Below, piece after piece: positions 17,038 through 31,092 of a stretch of 64,000 nucleotides of DNA. This DNA comes from Syntrophales bacterium (GTDB lineage: Bacteria > Desulfobacterota > Syntrophia > Syntrophales > UBA2185). Made by a program: the position numbers and the translations under genes. A model generated the notes under the pieces. The model ran no database searches and was not told the DNA's origin. It was given only the letters and a program-made list of their open reading frames with translations. The stretch spans positions 9,282 to 73,281 of the forward strand of contig JBEKXK010000003.1 of the NCBI GenBank assembly GCA_049512055.1, in the 5' to 3' direction. The first letter of the stretch is position 1, and each line of letters opens with the position of its first letter.

Positions 17038-17463
17038 ATGGCAAAAAAGGTTATAGCGAATATAAAGCTTCAGATTAAGGCAGGCAAAGCAACTCCATCT
17101 CCCCCCATCGGGCCTGCCCTAGGGCAGCACGGCGTCAATATTATGGAGTTCTGCAAGGCTTATAATGCCATGACACAAAACCAGGAAGGTACGGTGATTC
17201 CCGTCGTTATTACAGTATATGCCGACCGATCATTCACCTTTGTGACCAAGACTCCGCCTGCATCTGTGCTTCTCAAACAGGCTGCCAAGATTGCGAAGGG
17301 TTCCGGGGACCCGAGGAGAGAGAAGGTCGGCACCGTGACACGTGAACAGATCAGGGAGATCGCTACCTCAAAATATAACGACCTCAACGCTGTTGATATA
17401 GAAGGGGCGATCAGAATCATTGAGGGAACGGCGCGGTCAATGGGAATCGAAATAGCAGGATAA
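17038..17463 (+). CDS. rplK: 50S ribosomal protein L11
   Basis: [40 protein letters not shown]. The ATG at 17038 is preferred over the GTG at 17029. Confidence 0.96.
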   Translation: MAKKVIANIKLQIKAGKATPSPPIGPALGQHGVNIMEFCKAYNAMTQNQEGTVIPVVITVYADRSFTFVTKTPPASVLLKQAAKIAKGSGDPRREKVGTVTREQIREIATSKYNDLNAVDIEGAIRIIEGTARSMGIEIAG

Positions 17464-17580
17464 AATAATTGAGGACATTGTCAAGAAACCTGCAATCCAT
17501 GTGCGTGTGTAAAGTTAAACACTTGCCAGTGCGGGAAGCCCAGCCCCGTAAGCGGCAATATCAATAACAGAGGTTTTGAC

Positions 17581-18279
17581 ATGGTTAAGAGAGGCAAGAC
17601 TTACGCAGAAGCGAAAAAAAAGATTGAGGCGGGGAAACGGTACACCTTAAAAGAGTCTGTACAATTGCTTGTCGGTACGGCGAGAACAAAATTTGATGAA
17701 ACCGTAGATGCGGCTATCCGGCTGGGCGTAAGCCCACAACACGCTGATCAGATGGTCAGAGGCAGTGTTGTCTTGCCGAATGGATTAGGCAAGTCAGTCA
17801 GAGTGCTCGTCTTCGCGAAAGGAGAAAAGGAGAAAGAGGCCCTCGATGCGGGTGCCGATATTGTCGGTTCAGACGATGTTATTGAAAAAATCAAGGGAGG
17901 ATGGCTCGATTTTGACAGAGTAATTGCCACGCCCGATATGATGGGTAATGTTGGAAAGCTCGGGAAGATTTTAGGCCCCCGCGGACTGATGCCTAATCCA
18001 AAGGTGGGTACAGTAACCTTTGACTTGGCGAAGGCTGTCAATGAACTAAAATCCGGTAAGGTTGAATTTCGCGTAGAAAAAACAGGTATAGTGCATAGTC
18101 CGGTTGGAAAGGTATCTTTTGGAGCGGATAAGTTAACGGAAAACATCAGTGCCCTTTTGGAGGCGATAATCAAGCTGAAACCGGCATCGAGTAAGGGAAC
18201 TTATCTCAAAGGCATATCGTTGTCTACCACTATGGGGCCGGGGATAAAAGTTGATCCTTTGGATGTTAGAAACATTTGA
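17581..18279 (+). CDS. rplA: 50S ribosomal protein L1
   Basis: 232 aa, GKRY...[11 protein letters not shown]...[13 protein letters not shown]. Confidence 0.96.
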   Translation: MVKRGKTYAEAKKKIEAGKRYTLKESVQLLVGTARTKFDETVDAAIRLGVSPQHADQMVRGSVVLPNGLGKSVRVLVFAKGEKEKEALDAGADIVGSDDVIEKIKGGWLDFDRVIATPDMMGNVGKLGKILGPRGLMPNPKVGTVTFDLAKAVNELKSGKVEFRVEKTGIVHSPVGKVSFGADKLTENISALLEAIIKLKPASSKGTYLKGISLSTTMGPGIKVDPLDVRNI

Positions 18280-18636
18280 AATCAGGACCGGCACAAACAT
18301 ATGTGCCTGCGGATCTGGTGAACTTGTATCTACCAAAAGAGGGTTTTGTGGAAAATGGCGGCTTCGCAAAAAGAATACATGGGATATGGTGATCTTGCGA
18401 TCCCGTCGGATTTGATGATACGATAATAGAAGTCTGAGACAGCAGGTACAGGGGTTTAAACGATTTTAAGCGGCCTGCCGAGACCATTAGATGGTGTTGC
18501 AGCAACTTGATTCAGTAATGTACATCATGTTTAGGAACTCCCCTGTATGATGAATAGTTCTCTGACTTCCGATGACATTCTTGTTTGCAAGAGTTAGAAG
18601 TTTTACAAATTTAATGTAGTGAAAGGAGGTTAAAGA
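18280..18636 (+). promoter_or_regulatory. Long untranslated rplA-rplJ spacer; candidate L10 (rplJL) autoregulatory leader
   Basis: 357 nt contain no credible ORF. The position corresponds to the L10(L12)4-binding leader known in many bacteria. The structure was not verified. Confidence 0.35.
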
Positions 18637-19161
18637 TTGGATCGGAGAACTAAGGAGAAGGTTGTAGCTGAGCTTCATGAAAAACTTAAAGATACCAAGT
18701 TGGCCGTTCTTGCCGGTTATACTGGCATGAATGTTGAGAAGTTGACTGTCTTGAGAAATACTTTACGTAAGTCAGGCACAGAACTTCGGGTCGTTAAGAA
18801 CACGCTGCTCGGAATTGCCTCGGAGAATACCGATTTTAGCGGGCTGAAAGAGTATTTCAAAGGACCATTGGCTATTCTCTTGAATCGCGGGGATGTGGTC
18901 CGGCCGACAAAGGTGTTAGTCGAATTTGCCAAAAAAAACGCCGAGCTGGAAATAAGGGTCGGTATGCTGAATGGCAAGGTATTAAGCAGGGATCAGCTCA
19001 GCGCGCTGTCAGAGTTGCCGAGTAGAGAAGTCCTTCTGGGAAAACTCCTTTCCATGATGGTAGGAGTCCAAACTTCGCTGGTTAACGTTTTAAGCGGGGT
19101 CCCGAGAAGCTTTATTTGCGCGCTTGACGCTTATCGTGCAAAAAAACAATCAGGAAACTAA
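18637..19161 (+). CDS. rplJ: 50S ribosomal protein L10
   Basis: TTG start preceded by GAAAGGAGG. 174 aa, KEKVVAELHEKLKDTKLAVLAGYTGMNVEKLTVLR. Confidence 0.95.
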   Translation: MDRRTKEKVVAELHEKLKDTKLAVLAGYTGMNVEKLTVLRNTLRKSGTELRVVKNTLLGIASENTDFSGLKEYFKGPLAILLNRGDVVRPTKVLVEFAKKNAELEIRVGMLNGKVLSRDQLSALSELPSREVLLGKLLSMMVGVQTSLVNVLSGVPRSFICALDAYRAKKQSGN

Positions 19162-19185
19162 AATATACAGGAGAGGATAAGAAAG

Positions 19186-19572
19186 ATGGCCAGTAAAATT
19201 ACAAAAGATGATGTCATAAAATTCATTGAAGGAATGACAGTCCTTGAACTTTCTGAGTTAGTGAAGGAATTGGAAGAGAAATTCGGAGTATCCGCAGCCG
19301 CACCTGTGGCAGTGGCTCAAGTTTCTGCAGGGCCTGAACAGGCGGCGCAGGCAGAGGAAAAAACAGAATTTAATGTTATTCTGACCGGATTTGGCGAACA
19401 GAAAATTCAGGTTATCAAGGTTGTCAGGGCTCTTACCGGTCTCGGACTTAAAGAAGCCAAAGACTTGGTAGATGGTGTGCCTAAGCCGATTAAGGAAGGT
19501 GTTCCGAAAGAAGAAGCGGCAGATATAAAGAAGAAGATAGAGGAAGTCGGAGGCACCGTAGAAATTAAGTAG
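19186..19572 (+). CDS. rplL: 50S ribosomal protein L7/L12
   Basis: 128 aa with an Ala-rich hinge and the C-terminal [19 protein letters not shown]. Confidence 0.97.
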   Translation: MASKITKDDVIKFIEGMTVLELSELVKELEEKFGVSAAAPVAVAQVSAGPEQAAQAEEKTEFNVILTGFGEQKIQVIKVVRALTGLGLKEAKDLVDGVPKPIKEGVPKEEAADIKKKIEEVGGTVEIK

Positions 19573-19680
19573 CAGGCAAACAAAATAGAAGAATTATTGT
19601 TCGGAGATTTTGCAATCCAAGGCAACGGGAACAACTGATTCTGTGTTTGAACATATATTTGAATAACACAAAAGGATAAT

Positions 19681-22600
19681 ATGAACGAGTTTAGAAAGAA
19701 TTTTGGCCGCATAAGAAAGATACTAGAAATACCAAATCTAATTGATATCCAGAAGAAGTCCTACGAGAAATTTCTTCAGAAGGAAGTGGCCCCGTTGGAA
19801 CGGGGGAGCTTTGGACTTCAGGGTGCGTTCAAGAGCGTCTTCCCAATCTCCGACTTTAGCGGGAAGTGTTCGCTGGAATTTGTAAGTTACAAGATCGGAG
19901 ACGTCAGATATGACGTGAAAGAGTGCATTCAAAAAGGCATGACGTATGCCGCTCCTTTGAAGATTGTGGTGAGGTTGGTTGTATTTGATGCTGATCGCAC
20001 CTCCGGGCATAAAACAATCCGGGACATAAAGGAGCAGGAAATATACTTCGGAGAAATTCCCTTGATGACAGATAACGGCACCTTCATCATGAATGGTACG
20101 GAAAGAGTCATCGTTAGTCAGCTTCATAGATCGCCGGGTATATTCTTTGATCACGACAAGGGGAAGACCCTCGCCAGTGGGAAGCTGATTTATTCGGCGA
20201 GGATCATACCTATTAGAGGATCTTGGCTGGATTTTGAATTTGATTCAAAAGATCTCCTCTATGTGAGGATCGACAGGCGAAGAAAGATGCCCGTGACGAT
20301 TCTTTTTAAGGCTATGGCAAACTCTACGGAATTCCTCCTCGGTTATTTTTACAATATCGAGAAGGTATTTGTAGATCATAACAAGTTTTATATGATTGTG
20401 GATGAATCCCTTGTAGGTGAGAAGGCCCCCGAAGATATAAAGGAGCCCGGATCCGGCGAAGTGATTGTTAAGAAGATGCGGAAGTTTACCAAAGCCCACA
20501 TCAAGAGAATGACTGAGCTGAAGATCAAAAGGATACAGATTAAGGACTCGGACATAGTTGGAAAAATTCTTGCCTCGGATGTAAAGGATCCCAACACCGG
20601 CGAAGTATTGTTGACATGTAATGAAGAGTTAACACTCGATGGTCTGGAGCGTGTCAGTGAAAAAGGGATTCAGGAGCTTAGGTTTATTTACATGGACGAA
20701 GAAAGGTCCAATGCTTCAATTAAAGATACTCTGCTCATCGATAAGATTGAGAATCAAGAAGAGGCAATAATTGAGATATACAGAAGGTTGAGGCCGAGTA
20801 ACCCGCCTACACCAGAGACGGCACATAAGTTCTTCAACAGTCTCTTTTTTGATCCTGCAAGTTACGACCTCTCGGACGTGGGGAGGGCCAAGATGAATTA
20901 CAAGCTTCGCTTGGATGTCCCGATAGATGTGACAGTTCTTCGTAATGAGGATATCCTTGCTGCTGTCAAATACCTGATTGATCTGAAAAATGGTTCTGGT
21001 GACTGCAGTGTCGACGATATTGATCACTTGGGAAACCGTAGAATTAGATCGGTAGGCGAACTGATCGAAAATCAGTACCGCATAGGTCTGGTTCGAATAG
21101 AGAGGGCCATCAAGGAGAGAATGAGCCTCCAGGACATTGAAACAATGATGCCCCACGAGCTTATCAACGCCAAACCTGTTTCTGCCGTCGTGAATGAATT
21201 TCTTGGAAGCAGCCAACTTTCACAGTTCATGGATCAGACTAATCCCCTCTCGGAGATTACCCACAAGAGAAGGCTTTCCGCCCTTGGTCCCGGTGGTCTC
21301 ACCCGTGAAAGGGCAGGGTTTGAGGTCAGGGATGTTCATCCTACCCATTATGGCCGCATCTGTCCTGTTGAAACGCCGGAAGGTCCCAATATTGGTCTCA
21401 TTGTTTCCCTTAGCACATATGCGCGAGTCAATCCATTCGGTTTTATAGAAACACCTTACAGAGTAGTCAGTAACGGAAGGGTTCTTGATGAAGTTCGCTA
21501 CCTGACAGCCATTGAAGAGGAAAAGTACATTATCGCGCCAGCAGATATGGCTCTCGATGGCAGAGGAAGGTTTATAGGAGAACTGGTTTCTGCCAGAAAG
21601 GGGAGCGATTTCCTCTCTATTCCGCCAACCGAGATCAATTTGATGGATGTATCTCCGGATCAGCTTGTCAGTATTGCGGCAGCATCAATTCCGTTTCTTG
21701 AGCATGATGATGCCAACCGTGCGCTCATGGGTTCCAATATGCAACGACAGGCAGTGCCCCTTTTAAGACCCGAAGTTCCCATAGTGGGTACGGGGATGGA
21801 ATCTATTGTTGCCAGGGACTCAGGCGCAGTTGTTGTGGCGAGGCGCGCCGGAGTAGTTGAACAGGTGGATGCTTCAAGGATTGTGGTCAAGTGCGATGGA
21901 GACGGAGAGGATGAACTTGATACGGGTGTTGATATTTATAACCTTGCAAAGTACCAGCGCTCAAACCAGGATACCTGCTTTAACCAGAAGCCGATTGTTA
22001 ATAAGGGAAATTTGGTCAACAAAGGTGATATCATTGCCGATGGTCCCGCCACGGATTCCGGGGAACTTGCATTAGGGCGAAACGTGATGGTCGCTTTCAT
22101 GTCATGGGGGGGATACAACTATGAAGATTCCATCCTGGTAAGCGAAAGACTCATAAAAGATGACATCTACACATCAATCCATATTGAAGAATTCGAGACA
22201 ATGGCGAGAGATACGAAGCTGGGTAAGGAGGAGATCACAAGAGATATTCCAAATGTTGGAGAGGAAGCCCTCAGGAACCTTGACGAAAGCGGCATTGTAA
22301 GGATGGGCGAATTTGTGAAATCAGGGGATATTCTTGTTGGGAAGATCACGCCGAAGGGAGAGACTCAGTTATCTGCGGAGGAAAAACTGCTTCGGGCGAT
22401 ATTTGGTGAAAAGGCAAGCGACGTTCGAGACACATCCCTCCGGGTTCCCCCTGGTGTTGAAGGTACAGTGATAGATGCCAAAGTATTTACCAGAAAGGGT
22501 TCTGAAAGGGACCACAGAACGCAATCCATCGAAGATGAAGCTATGAGGGATTTGCATAAAGACCGGGATGACGAGATCAGAATCATCACGGAAAGCGTCA

Positions 22601-23772
22601 AAAACAATATTGCCGGCATGCTCGTCGGAAAAACTTCTGCCTCAAAGCTGGTCGATTCAAAGAAAAAAAAGATGTTACTGAAAAAGGGAGAGGCAATTGA
22701 AAAAGAAGTTCTGGAAAAGATACCGTTTGGCCTGTGGAAGGATATTTCTCTCGTCCGCGACGAGGCGGCAGAGGAAAAAATAGGCACTTTGATTGCAAAC
22801 TATGAGAGAAAAAAGGAGATCATTGAGACATTCTTTGAGGAGAAGATCAGCAAGCTGAAGGCAGGCGATGAACTTCCCCCAGGAGTGATCAAAATGGTCA
22901 AAGTCTATATCGCCATCAAAAGAGGACTGTCCGTAGGTGACAAGATGGCTGGCAGGCACGGTAATAAAGGGGTATTGTCGAGGATACTCCCGGAAGAAGA
23001 CATGCCTTATTTTAAGGATGGAACAGCAGTTGACATCATTTTGAATCCTTTAGGGGTTCCTTCACGCATGAATGTAGGGCAGATCCTTGAGACGCATTTA
23101 GGCTGGGCCGCAAAGGGGTTGGGTGAGAAGATCAATGCCATGCTGGAAAAGCATCACAGTACCGATCGGTTGAAAAAGGAATTGCGAAGCATTTATTCCT
23201 CGCCTGATTTTGATCGTTTTATCGATGGTATCTCCGAGGACAAACTCAGAGAATTCATTAGTAAATTAAAGAGGGGTATTTTGGTTTCTACTCCGGTTTT
23301 TGATGGTGCAGAAGAAGGCGAAATCAGGGATATGCTGAAGAAGGCGGGTATTCCTGAGAACGGGCAGACCATTCTTTTTGACGGGAAGACCGGTGACCCT
23401 TTTGATCATGAGGTCACGGTCGGCATGATCTATATGCTGAAGCTGCATCATCTTGTTGATGACAAGATTCACGCGAGATCCATAGGGCCCTATTCCTTAG
23501 TGACTCAACAGCCCCTAGGAGGAAAGGCGCAATTTGGCGGTCAGAGGCTCGGTGAAATGGAGGTGTGGGCCATGGAAGCCTATGGTGCTGCTTACTCACT
23601 GCAGGAGTTCCTTACCGTCAAGTCCGACGATGTGGCAGGCAGAACCAGGATATACGAAGCAATCGTGAAGGGTGAGCATACCTTTGAACCGGGGCTCCCA
23701 GAGTCATTCAATGTTCTTGTCAAGGAACTGCAGAGTCTTTGCCTTGATGTGGATCTAATTGAAGAAGAGTGA
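19681..23772 (+). CDS. rpoB: DNA-directed RNA polymerase subunit beta
   Basis: 1363 aa with [43 protein letters not shown] (rifampicin cluster), NMQRQAVPL and AGRHGNKGV. Confidence 0.99.
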   Translation: MNEFRKNFGRIRKILEIPNLIDIQKKSYEKFLQKEVAPLERGSFGLQGAFKSVFPISDFSGKCSLEFVSYKIGDVRYDVKECIQKGMTYAAPLKIVVRLVVFDADRTSGHKTIRDIKEQEIYFGEIPLMTDNGTFIMNGTERVIVSQLHRSPGIFFDHDKGKTLASGKLIYSARIIPIRGSWLDFEFDSKDLLYVRIDRRRKMPVTILFKAMANSTEFLLGYFYNIEKVFVDHNKFYMIVDESLVGEKAPEDIKEPGSGEVIVKKMRKFTKAHIKRMTELKIKRIQIKDSDIVGKILASDVKDPNTGEVLLTCNEELTLDGLERVSEKGIQELRFIYMDEERSNASIKDTLLIDKIENQEEAIIEIYRRLRPSNPPTPETAHKFFNSLFFDPASYDLSDVGRAKMNYKLRLDVPIDVTVLRNEDILAAVKYLIDLKNGSGDCSVDDIDHLGNRRIRSVGELIENQYRIGLVRIERAIKERMSLQDIETMMPHELINAKPVSAVVNEFLGSSQLSQFMDQTNPLSEITHKRRLSALGPGGLTRERAGFEVRDVHPTHYGRICPVETPEGPNIGLIVSLSTYARVNPFGFIETPYRVVSNGRVLDEVRYLTAIEEEKYIIAPADMALDGRGRFIGELVSARKGSDFLSIPPTEINLMDVSPDQLVSIAAASIPFLEHDDANRALMGSNMQRQAVPLLRPEVPIVGTGMESIVARDSGAVVVARRAGVVEQVDASRIVVKCDGDGEDELDTGVDIYNLAKYQRSNQDTCFNQKPIVNKGNLVNKGDIIADGPATDSGELALGRNVMVAFMSWGGYNYEDSILVSERLIKDDIYTSIHIEEFETMARDTKLGKEEITRDIPNVGEEALRNLDESGIVRMGEFVKSGDILVGKITPKGETQLSAEEKLLRAIFGEKASDVRDTSLRVPPGVEGTVIDAKVFTRKGSERDHRTQSIEDEAMRDLHKDRDDEIRIITESVKNNIAGMLVGKTSASKLVDSKKKKMLLKKGEAIEKEVLEKIPFGLWKDISLVRDEAAEEKIGTLIANYERKKEIIETFFEEKISKLKAGDELPPGVIKMVKVYIAIKRGLSVGDKMAGRHGNKGVLSRILPEEDMPYFKDGTAVDIILNPLGVPSRMNVGQILETHLGWAAKGLGEKINAMLEKHHSTDRLKKELRSIYSSPDFDRFIDGISEDKLREFISKLKRGILVSTPVFDGAEEGEIRDMLKKAGIPENGQTILFDGKTGDPFDHEVTVGMIYMLKLHHLVDDKIHARSIGPYSLVTQQPLGGKAQFGGQRLGEMEVWAMEAYGAAYSLQEFLTVKSDDVAGRTRIYEAIVKGEHTFEPGLPESFNVLVKELQSLCLDVDLIEEE

Positions 23773-23857
23773 AAATATGAAACATGATTTTATTTTGGAG
23801 AGCATTTAGAATTTAGGTTTTCAATTGATAACCCCTAATAATCAGGAGATGTAAATA

Positions 23858-26800
23858 GTGGAAGATATTTTTAGTTATTTTGAAAAACCGAAGGATCCTA
23901 TCAGGTTTAGTGCAATCAAAATGTCACTTGCTTCGCCGGAGAAGATACTTTCCTGGTCCCATGGTGAGGTCAAGAAACCTGAGACGATTAATTACAGGAC
24001 ATTCAAGCCGGAAAGAGACGGACTGTTTTGCGCAAAAATATTCGGCCCCGTGAAAGATTACGAATGTCTCTGTGGCCGCTATAAGCGGATGAAATATCGC
24101 GGTGTTGTATGCGAGAAATGTGGCGTAGAGGTTATCCAATCAAAGGTTCGCAGAGAAAGGATGGGCCACATTACCTTGGCCACACCGGTGGCTCACATAT
24201 GGTTTCTCAAGAGCCTTCCTAGCCGGATAGGAAATGTCCTCGATTTGAGCCTAAAGGAACTGGAAAAGGTTCTTTATTTTGAGTCTTGGATCGTGCTCGA
24301 CCCCAAGAACACCCCGCTGAAGAAAAAGGAACTCCTGTCTGAGGAAGAGGTAAGTGAATTAAAAGAGCAGTATGGCGAAGATGCTTTTGAAGTCGGGATT
24401 GGAGCCGAGGCCGTCAGAAAACTTCTTGTCGAAATTGATCTGATAGAGATCGATGAAGAACTGCGTGAAGAGCTAAGATCGACCGTTTCTGATACGAAGA
24501 AGAAGAAGCTTGTAAAGCGGTTGAAAGTAATCGAGTCCTTGAAAAAATCCAAGACAAACAGACCTGAATGGATGATTCTCACGGTGTTACCTGTCATTCC
24601 TCCGGATCTGCGACCTCTGGTGCCGCTGGATGGAGGCCGTTTTGCGACATCCGACCTCAACGATCTATACAGGCGGGTAATCAACAGGAACAACCGTCTG
24701 AAGCGTTTGCAGGAATTAAACGCTCCGGAGATCATAGTCAGAAACGAAAAGAGAATGCTCCAGGAGGCAGTTGACGTCCTCTTCGATAACGGCAGAAGAG
24801 GCAGGGCTATCACAGGTTCCAATAAGAGGCCCCTTAGATCCTTATCCGACATGCTGAAAGGGAAACAGGGCAGGTTCAGACAGAACCTGCTTGGCAAGAG
24901 GGTTGATTACTCAGGACGGTCGGTCATTACAGTGGGGCCTGATCTCCGGCTTCATCAGTGCGGTCTTCCCAAGAAGATGGCGCTGGAGCTCTTTAAACCA
25001 TTTGTCTATAATCGCCTCGAGGAAAAGGGTTATGTAACCACTGTGAAAAGCGCTAAAAAGATGGTGGAAAGAGAGACTGCAGAGGTATGGGATGCACTGG
25101 ATGAAGTGGTTCGTGAATATCCAGTTATGCTCAACAGAGCTCCTACCCTGCACAGGCTTGGCATTCAGGCCTTTGAACCGGTCCTGATAGAGGGCAAGGC
25201 GATACAGCTCCATCCCCTGGTCTGCACGGCATTTAACGCGGATTTTGACGGGGACCAGATGGCCGTCCATGTCCCTCTGTCCATTGAGGCTCAGACAGAG
25301 GCCAGAGTCCTGATGATGTCAACGAATAATATACTTTCTCCAGCCAATGGAAAGCCAATTATTAACCCCAGCCAGGATATCGTGCTCGGGATTTATTACC
25401 TGACGCGTGCCCTGTCTAACGTCAAAGGTGAGGGGATTACTTTTTCAGATCCTGAAGAAGTCCGTAGAGCCCTCGATGCTGATGCCGTTCGTCTTCACGC
25501 AAAGGTGCGAGTCCGCATCGACGGTGAATTGAAGGATACTACCGTTGGCAGGGTTATTCTTTATGATATTATCCCTCAGGAAATTCCCTTCGATGCCATC
25601 AACAAAGTGATGAATAAGAAGGAGCTAGCGAATCTTATTGATAATTGTTACCGGTTGTGTGGTGCAAAGACGGCTGTCTTGTTGGCCGACCAGCTTAAGG
25701 ATTTGGGATTTAAGTATGCTACGTCTTCGGGGTCATCTATTGCGATCCATAATATGGTCGTCCCAGAGAACAAGAAAGATATAGTAGCTTTGGCTGATAA
25801 AGAGGTACTGAAAGTGCAGAATCAGTATATGGATGGCCTTATTACGGATGGTGAGCGCTACAATAAGGTCATCGACATCTGGGCACAGGCGACGGAAAAA
25901 ATTGCCGCGGAGATGTTAAGCGGTATCGGGGCAGAAGAAGATGAGGCAGTTACTGGGTCGAAGAGACAGGGAGAAAGTCTGAATCCCATCTATATGATGG
26001 CCGATTCTGGTGCGAGGGGCAGTGCTGTTCAGATCAGGCAGCTTGCGGGGATGAGGGGTCTGATGGCCAAGCCATCAGGGGAAATAATTGAAACCCCGAT
26101 CACCGCAAATTTCCGTGAAGGCCTTACTGTTCTTCAATATTTTATATCTACCCACGGTGCCAGGAAAGGCTTGGCCGACACGGCCCTGAAAACAGCCAAT
26201 TCCGGATATCTGACCAGACGGCTTGTCGACGTGGCTCAAGATTGCATTATAAGTGAAAATGATTGCAATACCATTGATGGAATTTATGTTTCGGCCCTCA
26301 TGGAAGGCGGGGAGATTATAGAAGCGGCGGGAGAAAGAGTTCTCGGCAGAGTTGCTCTTGAAGAAATAAAGGACCCTTTTACCGGTGAAATCCTCGTACA
26401 TGCCAATGAAGCAATCGATGAAGCCTTAGCAGAGAAAATTGATAGGGCCGGTATAGAAAGGGTAAATATAAGGTCTGTTCTGACATGCAAATCAAAGCAA
26501 GGCGTCTGCGCAATGTGCTATGGGAGAGACTTGGCTCATGGTCATCTCGTCAATATCGGCGAGGCCGTTGGTATTATTGCAGCTCAGTCCATCGGTGAAC
26601 CTGGAACCCAGCTGACAATGCGTACATTTCACATCGGCGGTACTGCAAAGTTTGAGGAACATTCCACCCTTGAAGCAAGGCATGACGGTACCGTGAAGTA
26701 CGTGAACCTCAATACTGTTAAGGGTCATGGGAAAGATATCGTCGTCATGAACAGAAACGGAGAAGTTCATGTCCTTGACGAACAGGCCAGAAGCCGCGGG

Positions 26801-28012
26801 AAATACCCGGTTCCTTATGGAGCCCATCTCAAAGTCAAGAATGGCAACGTCGTGAAGACGGGGGATCTGCTTGCGGAATGGGATCCTTTTTCCATACCGA
26901 TACTTGCCGAGGTTGACGGAACTGTGAAGTATGGCGATATATTGGAAGGAAAGACAATGCAGGAACAGGTCGATGAAGTAACCGGTCTCTCAAGAAAGGT
27001 TATAGTCGAATATAAGGGTGCCAACTTACGTACTCGGGTTTCCATCAAAGACGAGAAAGGCAAGACAGTTAAGATCCCCGGTACGAATTCCGTGGCAAGA
27101 TATCTCCTGCCCGTGGGTGCAAATATTGTGGTTTCCGAGGGTGATAAGGTCAAGGCAGGCGACATTGTTGCCAAGATTCCTAGAGAAACAACTAAAACCA
27201 AGGATATCACGGGAGGCCTTCCAAGGGTCGCAGAGCTTTTTGAGGCTCGAAAGCCTAGGGAGTTCGCGGTTATAAGTGAGATTGACGGGACGGTGTCATA
27301 CGGTAAAGATGCAAAGGGGAAAAGGAAAGTAGTTATCACCCCTGACGTTGGAGAAGACAAGGAATATCTCATTCCTAAAGGAAAACATGTCAGCGTTCAG
27401 GAAGGCGACAGGATTCAAGCCGGTGAAGCGCTGATGGATGGTGTACACAATCCACATGATCTTCTTGCGATCAAAGGCGAAAAGGCTTTGGCGCGGTACC
27501 TTGTAGACGAGGTGCAGGAGGTATACAGACTTCAGGGAGTGAAGATCAATGACAAGCATATGGAGATAATTGTGCGCCAGATGCTGCGCAGGGTGAAAGT
27601 GAAAGATCCCGGCGACACGGCATTCATCGCTGATGAGCAGGTCGAAAGATATCGTTTCCAGGAAGAAAACGAGCGAGTCGTTAGTAAGGGGGGGAAGCCC
27701 GCTATCGGCGAACCGATGCTTCTGGGCATTACCAAGGCATCTCTAAGCACGCAGAGTTTCATATCTGCTGCCTCCTTCCAGGAGACGACACGTGTTCTTA
27801 CGGAAGCCAGCCTTGCCGGAAAGATAGATTACTTAAGGGGGCTCAAGGAGAACGTAATAATGGGGCGACTGATTCCCGCGGGAACTGGTCTTCCTATGTA
27901 CAGGAAGCTGGGCATCAAGGTGGCGGATGCCGAGACCGCAGTCGAACTGGAAAATCATCAGGCGGTTGAAAAATTAATTGAAAAAGATGTTGACATAAAG
28001 GCCGCAAATTGA
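23858..28012 (+). CDS. rpoC: DNA-directed RNA polymerase subunit beta'
   Basis: 1384 aa with a GTG start, the Zn finger [20 protein letters not shown] and the catalytic [14 protein letters not shown]. Confidence 0.99.
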   Translation: MEDIFSYFEKPKDPIRFSAIKMSLASPEKILSWSHGEVKKPETINYRTFKPERDGLFCAKIFGPVKDYECLCGRYKRMKYRGVVCEKCGVEVIQSKVRRERMGHITLATPVAHIWFLKSLPSRIGNVLDLSLKELEKVLYFESWIVLDPKNTPLKKKELLSEEEVSELKEQYGEDAFEVGIGAEAVRKLLVEIDLIEIDEELREELRSTVSDTKKKKLVKRLKVIESLKKSKTNRPEWMILTVLPVIPPDLRPLVPLDGGRFATSDLNDLYRRVINRNNRLKRLQELNAPEIIVRNEKRMLQEAVDVLFDNGRRGRAITGSNKRPLRSLSDMLKGKQGRFRQNLLGKRVDYSGRSVITVGPDLRLHQCGLPKKMALELFKPFVYNRLEEKGYVTTVKSAKKMVERETAEVWDALDEVVREYPVMLNRAPTLHRLGIQAFEPVLIEGKAIQLHPLVCTAFNADFDGDQMAVHVPLSIEAQTEARVLMMSTNNILSPANGKPIINPSQDIVLGIYYLTRALSNVKGEGITFSDPEEVRRALDADAVRLHAKVRVRIDGELKDTTVGRVILYDIIPQEIPFDAINKVMNKKELANLIDNCYRLCGAKTAVLLADQLKDLGFKYATSSGSSIAIHNMVVPENKKDIVALADKEVLKVQNQYMDGLITDGERYNKVIDIWAQATEKIAAEMLSGIGAEEDEAVTGSKRQGESLNPIYMMADSGARGSAVQIRQLAGMRGLMAKPSGEIIETPITANFREGLTVLQYFISTHGARKGLADTALKTANSGYLTRRLVDVAQDCIISENDCNTIDGIYVSALMEGGEIIEAAGERVLGRVALEEIKDPFTGEILVHANEAIDEALAEKIDRAGIERVNIRSVLTCKSKQGVCAMCYGRDLAHGHLVNIGEAVGIIAAQSIGEPGTQLTMRTFHIGGTAKFEEHSTLEARHDGTVKYVNLNTVKGHGKDIVVMNRNGEVHVLDEQARSRGKYPVPYGAHLKVKNGNVVKTGDLLAEWDPFSIPILAEVDGTVKYGDILEGKTMQEQVDEVTGLSRKVIVEYKGANLRTRVSIKDEKGKTVKIPGTNSVARYLLPVGANIVVSEGDKVKAGDIVAKIPRETTKTKDITGGLPRVAELFEARKPREFAVISEIDGTVSYGKDAKGKRKVVITPDVGEDKEYLIPKGKHVSVQEGDRIQAGEALMDGVHNPHDLLAIKGEKALARYLVDEVQEVYRLQGVKINDKHMEIIVRQMLRRVKVKDPGDTAFIADEQVERYRFQEENERVVSKGGKPAIGEPMLLGITKASLSTQSFISAASFQETTRVLTEASLAGKIDYLRGLKENVIMGRLIPAGTGLPMYRKLGIKVADAETAVELENHQAVEKLIEKDVDIKAAN

Positions 28013-28069
28013 TACAAAATTACCTTTTATGCACGAATGGCATAAGTTAAGAGAATTTTAGGAGGAATC

Positions 28070-28441
28070 ATGCCGACGCTGAATCAATTGGTCCGCAAGG
28101 GAAGGACGAAAATACAGAAGAAGACGTCAACACCTGCTCTGGCCGGTTCGCCGCAGAGACGGGGTGTTTGCGTTCGCGTGTATACCTCCACACCCAAGAA
28201 ACCAAATTCTGCTTTGAGAAAGGTCGCAAGGGTTCGTCTCGCCAGTGGATATGAAGTGACATCTTACATACCGGGAGTGGGCCACAATCTTCAAGAGCAC
28301 TCCGTTGTTTTAGTTAGGGGTGGCAGGGTGAAAGATCTTCCGGGTGTACGTTATCACATCATCAGGGGCACGCTGGATGCCGTGGGAGTTCAGGACAGAA
28401 AGCAGGGCAGATCAAAATACGGGGCAAAGAAACCGAGCTAA
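28070..28441 (+). CDS. rpsL: 30S ribosomal protein S12
   Basis: [12 protein letters not shown]...[17 protein letters not shown]. Confidence 0.98.
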   Translation: MPTLNQLVRKGRTKIQKKTSTPALAGSPQRRGVCVRVYTSTPKKPNSALRKVARVRLASGYEVTSYIPGVGHNLQEHSVVLVRGGRVKDLPGVRYHIIRGTLDAVGVQDRKQGRSKYGAKKPS

Positions 28442-28454
28442 GTGAGAATAGGTC

Positions 28455-28925
28455 ATGCCGAGAAGAAGAGAGATTGCAAAAAGAGAAGTAATACCGGATC
28501 CAAAGTACAATAATAAACTTGTGGCAAGATTTATTAATTGTCTGTTGCGGAGGGGCAAAAAAAGCATTGCAGAATCGATGTTCTACGGGGCTTTTGATAT
28601 TATTGAAAAGCGAACGAAAGAACAGCCTGTAGAAGTTTTTGAAAAGGCCGTAAGTAACGTCAAGCCTCTGATAGAAGTAAAATCACGACGTGTCGGAGGA
28701 TCCACGTATCAGGTGCCAACTGAAGTTGTGCCGGAGAGAAGAGTTGCCCTGGCAATTCGCTGGTTAATTCTTCATGCAAAAGAACGTGCCGAAAAAACCA
28801 TGCAAGAAAAGCTTGCCGCCGAATTGATCGATGCCGCTAACAACAGAGGCGCTTCCGTCAAGAAACGAGAAAGCGTTCATAAGATGGCAGAGGCGAATAA
28901 GGCATTTGCCCACTACCGGTTTTAG
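28455..28925 (+). CDS. rpsG: 30S ribosomal protein S7
   Basis: [20 protein letters not shown]...GGSTYQVP. Confidence 0.98.
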   Translation: MPRRREIAKREVIPDPKYNNKLVARFINCLLRRGKKSIAESMFYGAFDIIEKRTKEQPVEVFEKAVSNVKPLIEVKSRRVGGSTYQVPTEVVPERRVALAIRWLILHAKERAEKTMQEKLAAELIDAANNRGASVKKRESVHKMAEANKAFAHYRF

Positions 28926-28954
28926 CTTTGCTTGAAGGTTTGGGTGAATATTAA

Positions 28955-31042
28955 TTGGCACGCATTGTTCCTTTACAGAGTCTTCGCAATATCGGCATTA
29001 TGGCGCACATTGATGCCGGCAAGACGACAACAACCGAACGGATCCTTTATTATACGCACGGCTCCTACAAGATGGGTGAGGTCGATGAAGGAACGGCCAC
29101 CATGGATTGGATGGAGCAGGAGCAGGAGCGGGGTATAACCATCACGGCTGCGGCTACTACATGCACGTGGAGCGACCACCGCATCAACCTCATCGATACG
29201 CCCGGCCATGTTGATTTCACTATAGAAGTGGAAAGATCTTTGAGAATTTTAGACGGTGCTGTTGCCCTTTTCTGCGCAGTGGGAGGCGTGGAGCCCCAGT
29301 CCGAGGTAGTTTGGGGTCAAGCGGATAAGTATCGCGTCCCGCGAGTTATCTTTGTCAATAAGATGGATAGGGTAGGGGCCGATTTTGAGAAGGTTGTTGC
29401 CGCGATCCGCGACAGGCTCGGGGCGCATCCGATACCCGTTCAGATGCCCATCGGCAAGGAAGAATTTTTCCGGGGAGTAATCGATCTTATACGTATGAAG
29501 GCGATCATTTACGATGAATATTCCCTGGGGGCTAAGTTCAGCGTGAGTGAGATTCCGCCTGATCTACTTGATGCATCTCGTCGGGAGCGAGAGAAGCTCA
29601 TCGAGTTTCTTTCCGATCACGATGAGAACCTGATGAAGAAATATCTCAATGAAGAAGCTCTTTCACAAGAAGAGATTATAAGCGCCTTGAGGAAGGCGAC
29701 ACTGTCCTTGAAAGCGACGCCGGTACTGTGCGGCTCTGCCTTCAAGAATAAAGGTGTTCAACCTCTCTTGGATGCAGTTATCGATTACCTTCCTTCTCCG
29801 CTGGACATGCCTCCGGTTGTCGGCATGGGCAGGAAGGGGGAGAAGATAGAAAGAATGCCGGACGATGATGAAGCTTTTTCAGCGTTGGCATTTAAGATTG
29901 TGACTGATCCCTATGTCGGTCAGGTGACCTATTTCAGGGTATACTCCGGTGTACTCTCTGCCGGTTCCTATGTATATAATGTGTCCAAAGGAAAGAAGGA
30001 GCGCATTGGCCGCTTGCTAAAAATGCATGCCAATAAGAGGGAGGAGATCAAAGAAGTACGCACCGGTGACATAGCTGCCGCCGTGGGTCTTAACCTGACG
30101 ACTACCGGCGATACCCTTTGTGATACGGAAAATTCTCTTGTATTGGAGACTCTGGAGTTTCCCGATCCCGTTATTGCCATAGCCATAGAGCCAAAAACGA
30201 AGGCGGATGAGGAAAAACTGGATACGGCTCTCAGAAAGATCTCCCGTGAAGACCCTTCCTTCAGGGTTAAGGTCGACAAAGATACGGGTCAAACCTTAAT
30301 CTCGGGGATGGGAGAGCTGCATTTAGAAATTATTGTCGACCGGCTATCGAGAGAGTTTGGATTAGGCGCCAACATCGGTGATCCGCAGGTGGCTTACAAG
30401 GAGACTATCAGAAAAAGAATCAGATCTGAAGGCAAGTTTGTTAAACAGTCCGGCGGCAGAGGACAGTATGGTCACGTGTGGCTGGAGATTGAACCTAATG
30501 AACCAGGTCGAGGATTTGAATTCAGGAATAAGATTGTCGGCGGGGTTATTCCCGGAGAGTATATTCCGGCAGTGGCAAGGGGCGTTTCCGAGGCAACACA
30601 GGAGGGTGTTCTGGCAGGCTTCCCCGTGGTAGATGTCATTGTCAGTGCCGTGGATGGTTCTTTTCACGACGTGGACTCTTCCGAAATGGCATTTAAGATA
30701 GCGGCCTCCATGGCGTTCAAGAGCGGGGCAAGAAGGGCTCACCCCGTCTTGATGGAGCCGATAATGTCTGTGGAAGTCATCGTCCCCAAAGAATATATGG
30801 GTGATGTTATTGGAAATCTCACTTCGAGGCGGGGAAAAATCGTGAGTATAGAGTCAAGGCCTTCTGTAGAGGCAATTAATGCCGAGGTTCCTCTGGCAGA
30901 AATGTTCGGATATGCTACTGACCTTAGATCAAAAACTCAGGGAAGAGCAACTTTTACCATGCGTTTTCTTAATTACCATGCGGTGTCGGAAAGTCAGGCG
31001 AAGCTGGTCATTGACAGACTAAAGACAATCGATGAAGCATAA
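28955..31042 (+). CDS. fusA: Elongation factor G
   Basis: 695 aa with a TTG start and the motifs [25 protein letters not shown] and NKMD. Confidence 0.98.
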   Translation: MARIVPLQSLRNIGIMAHIDAGKTTTTERILYYTHGSYKMGEVDEGTATMDWMEQEQERGITITAAATTCTWSDHRINLIDTPGHVDFTIEVERSLRILDGAVALFCAVGGVEPQSEVVWGQADKYRVPRVIFVNKMDRVGADFEKVVAAIRDRLGAHPIPVQMPIGKEEFFRGVIDLIRMKAIIYDEYSLGAKFSVSEIPPDLLDASRREREKLIEFLSDHDENLMKKYLNEEALSQEEIISALRKATLSLKATPVLCGSAFKNKGVQPLLDAVIDYLPSPLDMPPVVGMGRKGEKIERMPDDDEAFSALAFKIVTDPYVGQVTYFRVYSGVLSAGSYVYNVSKGKKERIGRLLKMHANKREEIKEVRTGDIAAAVGLNLTTTGDTLCDTENSLVLETLEFPDPVIAIAIEPKTKADEEKLDTALRKISREDPSFRVKVDKDTGQTLISGMGELHLEIIVDRLSREFGLGANIGDPQVAYKETIRKRIRSEGKFVKQSGGRGQYGHVWLEIEPNEPGRGFEFRNKIVGGVIPGEYIPAVARGVSEATQEGVLAGFPVVDVIVSAVDGSFHDVDSSEMAFKIAASMAFKSGARRAHPVLMEPIMSVEVIVPKEYMGDVIGNLTSRRGKIVSIESRPSVEAINAEVPLAEMFGYATDLRSKTQGRATFTMRFLNYHAVSESQAKLVIDRLKTIDEA

Positions 31043-31092
31043 AAAAGTATAGTGAATAAACGAACCATTTAAAGTTGAAGGAGGTAATGGAT

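Noticed and set aside
24274-27372. Long antisense ORFs inside rpoC (24274..24897, 207 aa; 26815..27372, 185 aa), and similar ones in rpoB (20716..21216; 22365..22787)
   Set aside because: They have Ser/Pro/Arg-rich low-complexity composition typical of the reverse frame of highly expressed genes. They have no RBS or motifs. The sense-strand genes are unambiguous.
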